Shown here in pieces: positions 58,635 to 64,000 of a DNA stretch of 64,000 nt. Under the pieces are notes generated by a model. It made no database searches. It saw only the letters and a program-made list of their open reading frames with translations, and was not told the origin of the DNA. Both the position numbers and the translations under genes were made by a program. Within the stretch, counting starts at the first letter, position 1; each line of letters begins with the position of its first letter. The DNA is taken from positions 16,255 through 80,254 of IMG/VR virus record IMGVR_UViG_3300044811_000010; one strand, given 5' to 3'. This DNA comes from a virus.

Positions 58635-59045
58635 TCATGCGTCCTCCCACCTTCCCTGAGCGTCGTTGTAGAGGTAGCAGCCGATGTGCTTGGTCTTGTG
58701 GTCGTATTGCGCGGCGAGCCCGTCGATGGCCTCCTTCGTGCGCTTCAGTGTCGCGCCTGAGTCGATCAGGTCGTCCACGAAGACCCAGCGGTGGCCCAGC
58801 GTCCCCTCAGCCTGACGGAAGGAGTGCGTTCCGTCCCCCGGCTTGCGGACGATCATCCAGTTGGTCTTCAGCGACGCGGCGAGCCGAGGCACGATGATCC
58901 CGCCTGACAGCCCCGTGCCTACGAGAGTGTCGTAGTCCCGACCAGCGAGGAACAGTTTGGCCTGAGCAACGACTGCGCGCCACGGCCCGAAAGCGTGTCT
59001 CATGTAGCTGGTGTGGAGGCGTAGTAGCCCATCATCGCCGGTCAT
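58635..59045 (-). CDS. type I phosphoribosyltransferase-fold protein
   Basis: G.GLSG, IVRK, VFVDDLIDSGAT PRPP-binding loop. Confidence 0.85.
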   Translation of the reverse strand: MTGDDGLLRLHTSYMRHAFGPWRAVVAQAKLFLAGRDYDTLVGTGLSGGIIVPRLAASLKTNWMIVRKPGDGTHSFRQAEGTLGHRWVFVDDLIDSGATLKRTKEAIDGLAAQYDHKTKHIGCYLYNDAQGRWEDA

Positions 59046-59166
59046 TCAGGGACCAGCGCGTTCGGGTACTCGCGGAGGGCGGCCGCGATGGAGGGGAACC
59101 AGATGCTCTCCTGCTCATCGTTGAACACTCGCACGCCGTTGGGACACCTGATGATGACCGTCTCGC

Positions 59167-59379
59167 TCACGCGATCACCGCGTTGCTGCCGGCAGCTTGG
59201 ATTGCGGCGGCCTTCGAGCCGACGCCCGTGAAGATGTCGATGAGTCGTCCGTCCTTGACGGCGGCCCAGCCGCCGCTGTTCGTGCGCCGAATGCCGGTGT
59301 GAGTCGTAGTCGCGAGGACTGCGAGCTGCTCGTCAGCGGATTCGTCACGGATGATCTTCGGACCCAAGGTGGTCGTCAT
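59167..59379 (-). CDS. hypothetical early protein
   Basis: AGGAG RBS overlapping the AGCTATCC motif. Confidence 0.6.
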   Translation of the reverse strand: MTTTLGPKIIRDESADEQLAVLATTTHTGIRRTNSGGWAAVKDGRLIDIFTGVGSKAAAIQAAGSNAVIA

Positions 59380-59494
59380 GGATAGCTCCTATCTTGTAGC
59401 TTATGATCCGAGGCTGGGCCGGACACTGGCTTTCGGCCGGGCCGAAATGGCCGCCCTAATTGCGCTCGTCCGGCTGCTCAGCCTCGTACTGTAT

Positions 59495-59523
59495 ACCTTA
59501 TGCGACGTGGGGCGTCTTGTCAA
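59495..59523 (-). promoter_or_regulatory. promoter TTGACA-17-TAAGGT
   Basis: Consensus. Confidence 0.8.
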
Positions 59524-60018
59524 GGGAGAGCGCCGGCAGCGACTCCCGCTTGAACCAGACCAACACGTCTCGGCGGTCGTGAAGGCAGAGCAGCAGCGCC
59601 GCCGCGCCCAGCAGCTTGCGGTGCCGATTCCGAGCGACGGCTAGTAGTACGGCGCCGGTCGCCCCATGGTGGAGCCGCTGCCCCGCGACCCAAACGCGCG
59701 GCCCATGCGGATAGCTCCGGACAGTGACCAGCCGAGTCATCGACGCCCGGCCCTATCGGCGCGGCATGCTGCGCAGAAACATGGCCCGGTGCCAGCGTTG
59801 CGAGTGCATGCGCCCTTCATCCCGGCGGGTGGGTCGAACGTGCCGTCAGGGTGAACCACCAGCACGGGGCGGTCGGGCGCCCTCACAATCAGTACATCGC
59901 TAGCCGCCTCCGCTGAGGCTGCTACTGCCGCTCGGCGCGCAGTCGTCATGTGCTGAGCTTCGCTCAGAGCATTGAGCGGATAGCTGCCATCGTGGTTGAG
60001 CGGGTAGACGCGGAACAT
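59498..60018 (-). CDS. two small early ORFs (59498-59740, 59737-60018)
   Basis: ATGA coupling. Confidence 0.55.
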
Positions 60019-60158
60019 AGGTTAGAGCCTACGGTTCGACCGCGCACGCTGGCGCGCGTGGTGTTCAGTGTAATCCCAGCCGCCCTTAGGCGCAAGGTGG
60101 GAGGCGATGAACGCCGGCACCAGGATTCCGACTGCCACGCCGATGGTGACCAGCGCGA

Positions 60159-60713
60159 TCATGCGCCCCACTGGTCCGCCATCGCAGCAGCGATTCCGGG
60201 GAACGTCTTGCTGCGCTCCTTCCAGCGGTCAGGTCCGGGCGGCAGCTTCCAGACGCGCGGCTCGCGCCCCTCGACAATGTCGGTAGGCACCAGCTTGGGA
60301 AGGTTCTGTAGCCAGAGACAGGTACGCTTGACTTCGCCGTGCCCGAACTGCCACGGCTGGATGGTCTGATCTGGCTTGCGGATAGCTGTGCTGATGATGC
60401 TCACCGGATTCTCGATGGCGATGCGCTCGACGGGCGCGGCCATGATTCTGCGGACGAAGTCCAGCGCGGCTTGCTGGCGACCGTCGGCGCGCTTCTCGGG
60501 GAACCACCGAGCGCCGCTGACCGCAAGGTGCGTGCATGGCGGGAAGGCGATCAGTAGGTCGAACTTGGATAGCTCCAAGTCGAACATATCGCCCTCGTGG
60601 TGCGGGCCGGGCGAATCGGTCGGCAGGAAGTCACACGACATAGCGTCGTGGCCTCGCGCGAGGAACGCATCGCGGACGGCGCCGCTGTACTCGCATGCGA
60701 CTAGCACCCTCAT
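60159..60713 (-). CDS. DNA cytosine methyltransferase-like protein (MRVLVACE family)
   Basis: VLVACEYSG.VRDAF, SCD, AFPPCTHL, IENPV, QPWQFG, RSKTF.GIA.AMA.QW. Confidence 0.8.
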   Translation of the reverse strand: MRVLVACEYSGAVRDAFLARGHDAMSCDFLPTDSPGPHHEGDMFDLELSKFDLLIAFPPCTHLAVSGARWFPEKRADGRQQAALDFVRRIMAAPVERIAIENPVSIISTAIRKPDQTIQPWQFGHGEVKRTCLWLQNLPKLVPTDIVEGREPRVWKLPPGPDRWKERSKTFPGIAAAMADQWGA

Positions 60714-61913
60714 CGCTGAGCCTCGCATGGGGCGGGGACAGGCTCGATGCGGCCCGCACCGTACAAGCTGCGGCCGAGGCTGTAGTGCGCGGTCAGGGTG
60801 CAGGTAGACCAGCCCTTGCGGCGGGTACGGTCGCATCCGACGACAGCGCAGCGAGTAGCGGCGTGCTTCCAATGAGGCGCAGGGCTTGCCGGCACGTTCG
60901 GCCAATCGGTGTGGTCGTGGATGCTCACTTGACGGTCACCGTACCCTCAGCGGTAACCGTCAGGGTGCCGTAGAACTTGCGGCTGGTGTAGGGGTCAGGC
61001 CCGACGAAGTGATAGCTCCCGACCGGGGCATCGGACAGCGGGCCATCGTACTCGTTGCCGAATAGGGAGGTCGCCTCGATCCCGATAGGTGCGCTGATGC
61101 CGTGCGCTGCTACGGAATCCTTGATCGCCTTCTTAGAGGCGGGGCGGCTGTAGTTCAGGTAAAGCCCTTGCATGATTATCTCCTAGGTGTTTGTGTGCTG
61201 CGGGATTGGTACATGATACTGCGGGATAGCCGGTAGTCAAGCGGTCAGTCTGATGAATCCCTGAACGCAAGCATCGGCAAGGTGTAGAGCCCGACCGCGC
61301 GCGTGGTGTAGATCCGAAGTGGGCCGAGCCGCGCTGGCATACCGGGATCGTTGGCGGCCCATAGGTCGCCATAGCCGGGCTGCCCGGTCACGCTGCCTTC
61401 GCGAATGTAGGCCACGGTTGAGCCTTCCGCGTCGAGCAGCGCATGCACGGCCCAAGATGCCGGCACGGATAGCTCCGCCTTTTCATCGTTTCCTAGCAGT
61501 CGCGCGCTGGCGAACATTACTTCGCCTCCCTGATTGCACGCTTGGCCGCGCGCTGACGCTTGCGGTCGATGGTCTTGGACTTCGCCGCGTGCGTTCGCTT
61601 GCGGTCGCGCATGGGCCGGTCTTCGTTCGTGCGTTCGGTGCGTCTCATTGCTGGATAGCTCGCTTTCGGTGTAGCAGGGATTTGTGTTAGCTCAGCCGCC
61701 GCGCGGCTTGCCGGAAAGGATGCGCGACTGACGGTGGATGGTGGCGCCGACGTTTTCGACGGCGTCCCATGCATCGCGCGTTGCCTGATTGGCACACTCC
61801 GGGTCAGCGGCCGTTGCGCGGTCAGCCGCCGCTAGCAGGGCTTCGATTCGCGCGGCGGCTTCGCGAATCTTCGCAACGCGCTTGGCGGTCGGCATGGGTG
61901 CTCGGTTGCTCAT
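60710..61913 (-). CDS. cluster of small early ORFs (60710-60928, 60925-61173, 61245-61517, 61517-61648, 61692-61913)
   Basis: Coupled or RBS-led ORFs; TTGACT-16-TATCAT promoter at 61213-61240. Confidence 0.55.
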
Positions 61914-61956
61914 TTGGGATAGCTCGCTTTCGGGATAGCTGACTGTGTGGACGGTA

Positions 61957-62721
61957 CTACGCGCTCCGGACGAATCCGGAGCGGTCACGCTTGGCCCGGC
62001 CCTTAGCCCGCAGACCGACAATGACTCCGCTAGGGTCAAGGAATCGTAGGTCTGTTGAGTCACCATCGACTACCGGGCGCCCCATGTACTCAGCGGGCAG
62101 GGTATGGCCCTTACCAGTGTCGAACACTGCCGCGACGTTGAGCCCGGCGCGCAGCGCGTCGAGCGCCTTTAGATCGTTTGACTCCGCGAGACTGAACGTA
62201 AGAGAGTAGTTCGGGATGCTCGCGACCAACGGCCGCAAACGCGCGGGCCATTTCGTGTAATCGTAGAACGTGATTGCCGGGAACGCGGCCATGATGTTGG
62301 CGAACGTCTCGCCGTTGCGCTCCACCGGGAACCGTTCCCATGGCAGGTCCGACGTTCCGTTGAGCCTCACGGCCGGATTGAATCCATGCCGCGCGGCCGC
62401 CTTCTCATGCTTCGCGACTTCCGCGACCAACGTAGCCAGAAAGCTGGCGCGGTCGGCGTGGAAAAACCGCGTCCGGCGAATCCGCGCAGCCTGAATCATG
62501 TTCAGTCCGTCGGAATCGAGCCCGATTCCGCCGCGACCTGCCGTATTCAGGCAAGCCGCCGCACAACCTGCCGTTGCATGCGGGCAGACATTCCGGCCGG
62601 ACACCTTCTCCGGAGCAAGGTGCATGATCGCGGTCAGATAACCGCGACCCTCACCCTTCGCCGTTTTCGGATTGCCCATAGTGAGCAATGCGAGGGGCGG
62701 AGCGTTCAGGTCGAACATCAC
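61957..62721 (-). CDS. GP88-family protein (radical-SAM-like Cys motif)
   Basis: N.KT.K, CPHATAGCAAAC, RLNGTSD, FYDYTK, DGD..DLRF.D, VGL.AKG. Confidence 0.8.
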   Translation of the reverse strand: MMFDLNAPPLALLTMGNPKTAKGEGRGYLTAIMHLAPEKVSGRNVCPHATAGCAAACLNTAGRGGIGLDSDGLNMIQAARIRRTRFFHADRASFLATLVAEVAKHEKAAARHGFNPAVRLNGTSDLPWERFPVERNGETFANIMAAFPAITFYDYTKWPARLRPLVASIPNYSLTFSLAESNDLKALDALRAGLNVAAVFDTGKGHTLPAEYMGRPVVDGDSTDLRFLDPSGVIVGLRAKGRAKRDRSGFVRSA

Positions 62722-63028
62722 GCGCCGAGCCCTGCCGCGCGTAGAAAGCGCACGCGGTCGAAGCGGGGATTGGCGGCCGCGCAGACGTTCGCGACCGCGA
62801 CGATTGAGTCCGTGCTAGCCTCGCTCGACTTCAGCGCAGCCGCTAGGGATTCGAAATGCTTTCTGGTCATTTCCGCACTTTCTGTACAGTCACGCGGTAG
62901 ACTTCGCCGCTGGGAAGGTGAACCGTCATTGTTCCGTCAGCGGATTGCCGACAGCCGGCGTCCAGCACTTCTTCCGCGACGCACTCCGCGCCATCGAGTA
63001 AGTGATTCTGGACTTCTTGCTTGCTCAT
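62718..63028 (-). CDS. two small early ORFs (62718-62870 MTRKHF...NPRFD..RF family; 62867-63028)
   Basis: Leaderless ATG at 63028, 7 nt after CATACT; TTGACG -35 at 63058-63063. Confidence 0.6.
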
Positions 63029-63070
63029 GGGCCGTAGTATGACGACTCGCCGGAGTCCGTCAAGTGCCAT

Positions 63071-63116
63071 TGTTCGATTCCTTACATTCGCCGGCGCATG
63101 TTCGATTCCTTACATT
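63071..63116 (+). repeat. 18-bp direct repeat at the divergence point
   Basis: TGTTCGATTCCTTACATT at 63071-63088 and 63099-63116. Confidence 0.9.
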
Positions 63117-63206
63117 TGCACTTGACGCGGCTCGGGCAAGCTGGGATGTTGTGCGCATGGAAACACCGATTGTCCATGAAATCCCGAGCAGTCGAAAGGT
63201 CAAGTA

Positions 63207-63581
63207 ATGAACTACCGTCGAGCAACCCTTGCCGCGTTCGTCTACGCGCTCCTATGGGTCGCCTTCTCTGCGGCCATCCTTCCGGCCCTTGCATCGGCCC
63301 GGCCCGTGAATCTGACGGACGCTACCTACGCGCCGTCGCGACTCGTGTACTTGCAGCCTCACATGGCCGCTACGTTCGACGTTGACCAGTGCCCGCGCGG
63401 AACCTACTTCTCCGAGGTCAGTGCGTATCGGTGGAATGGTCACGCGCTCAGCGCTCAGCGCTGGAACGCTGACCATACGGTCACGTATTGGAGCTACGGC
63501 CGCGAGCGCATTACGTTCGACGGAATCACGTTCCGCAACGCTACGCACCACCACGTACTAGTGGCGGGATGGTGCGAGTAA
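63207..63581 (+). CDS. secreted protein
   Basis: Signal peptide ...PALASA; GAAAGG RBS. Confidence 0.6.
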   Translation: MNYRRATLAAFVYALLWVAFSAAILPALASARPVNLTDATYAPSRLVYLQPHMAATFDVDQCPRGTYFSEVSAYRWNGHALSAQRWNADHTVTYWSYGRERITFDGITFRNATHHHVLVAGWCE

Positions 63582-63775
63582 TGCTCTATCGCGTTGACAC
63601 CGAATCAGGACCAGTGCGCGATATGCTCGGCGTTCGGCTTATCAGTAGGTGGGCTATCGCGCGACGTATCGCTATGGAGGCCCATGAGCGCACGCAAGAG
63701 ACAGTGACCATCACGCGCATTGGTCGCGCGGGTCATTTGTCGCATGCGCTGACTATTCCTAGGACGGGCGCATGA
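63581..63775 (+). CDS. hypothetical protein
   Basis: TAATG coupling. Confidence 0.5.
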   Translation: MLYRVDTESGPVRDMLGVRLISRWAIARRIAMEAHERTQETVTITRIGRAGHLSHALTIPRTGA

Positions 63776-64000
63776 TGCGCGCATGGATTCGCGAAGTGCT
63801 CGCCGCCATCGGGCGCATGGAGCATGAGCGCAGTAGGTATCTCTGAACCGTCGCACCCCTCACGTTCCACAATCCCTAGCGACCCTCGCACCGATTCCCG
63901 CGTGAGCATCCCTAGGGTCGCTAGGGATGCTGGTACGTCGGGCCGAAAGAATCGCGAATCCGCCGGCGGACCCTGGCGGGATACGCGGTGGTGCTCCCAC

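Noticed and set aside
61249-61290. Hammerhead ribozyme (CTGATGA)
   Set aside because: No stem II or GAAA partner; the motif lies at an ORF end.
63071-63116. Mini-CRISPR array
   Set aside because: Only two 18-bp repeats with a 10-bp spacer; lengths are incompatible with CRISPR.
1-64000. tRNA genes, integrase/attP and alternative genetic code
   Set aside because: No cloverleaf/T-loop pattern or recombinase motif was recognised by eye, and core genes are intact under code 11. A tRNAscan run would be needed to exclude tRNAs formally.

Overview
This 64 kb window is a high-GC, long-tailed (siphovirus-like) dsDNA phage segment. No integrase or repressor is visible, so it is probably lytic. The host is most likely actinobacterial, possibly Thermoleophilia/Solirubrobacterales; this is inferred from leaderless TANNNT promoters and a Solirubrobacterales-style secreted protein. 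Left arm (+, 1-24.7 kb): class II ribonucleotide reductase, HK97 protease and capsid, putative head/neck fibre genes, head-tail connectors, tail tube, tail chaperone, tape measure, tail tip, split endolysin, holin and HNH. Right arm (mostly -, 24.7-63 kb): terminase (inverted and detached from the head genes; no portal in the window), Pth2, RuvC-like resolvase, S4-like protein, PolA, nucleotide enzymes, primase/helicase, SNF2, two stand-alone WYL proteins, rIIA/rIIB, ligase, macrodomain, two MTases, GP88 and many small early genes. The strongest unexplained signals are non-genic. (1) A polar octamer, GGATAGCT, occurs at least 16 times in one orientation, is packed into the early region and is embedded in genes in different reading frames. 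(2) GAWTC sites surge in the last ~2.2 kb. (3) A late-promoter class YGNC-N11-TANNNT drives leaderless virion and terminase genes. (4) The tail chaperone appears to use a +1 (UUU_CGU) frameshift. (5) An iteron/palindrome-rich ori-like locus sits at ~58 kb. All calls come from reading motifs by eye; no database searches were run, and all counts are hand counts.
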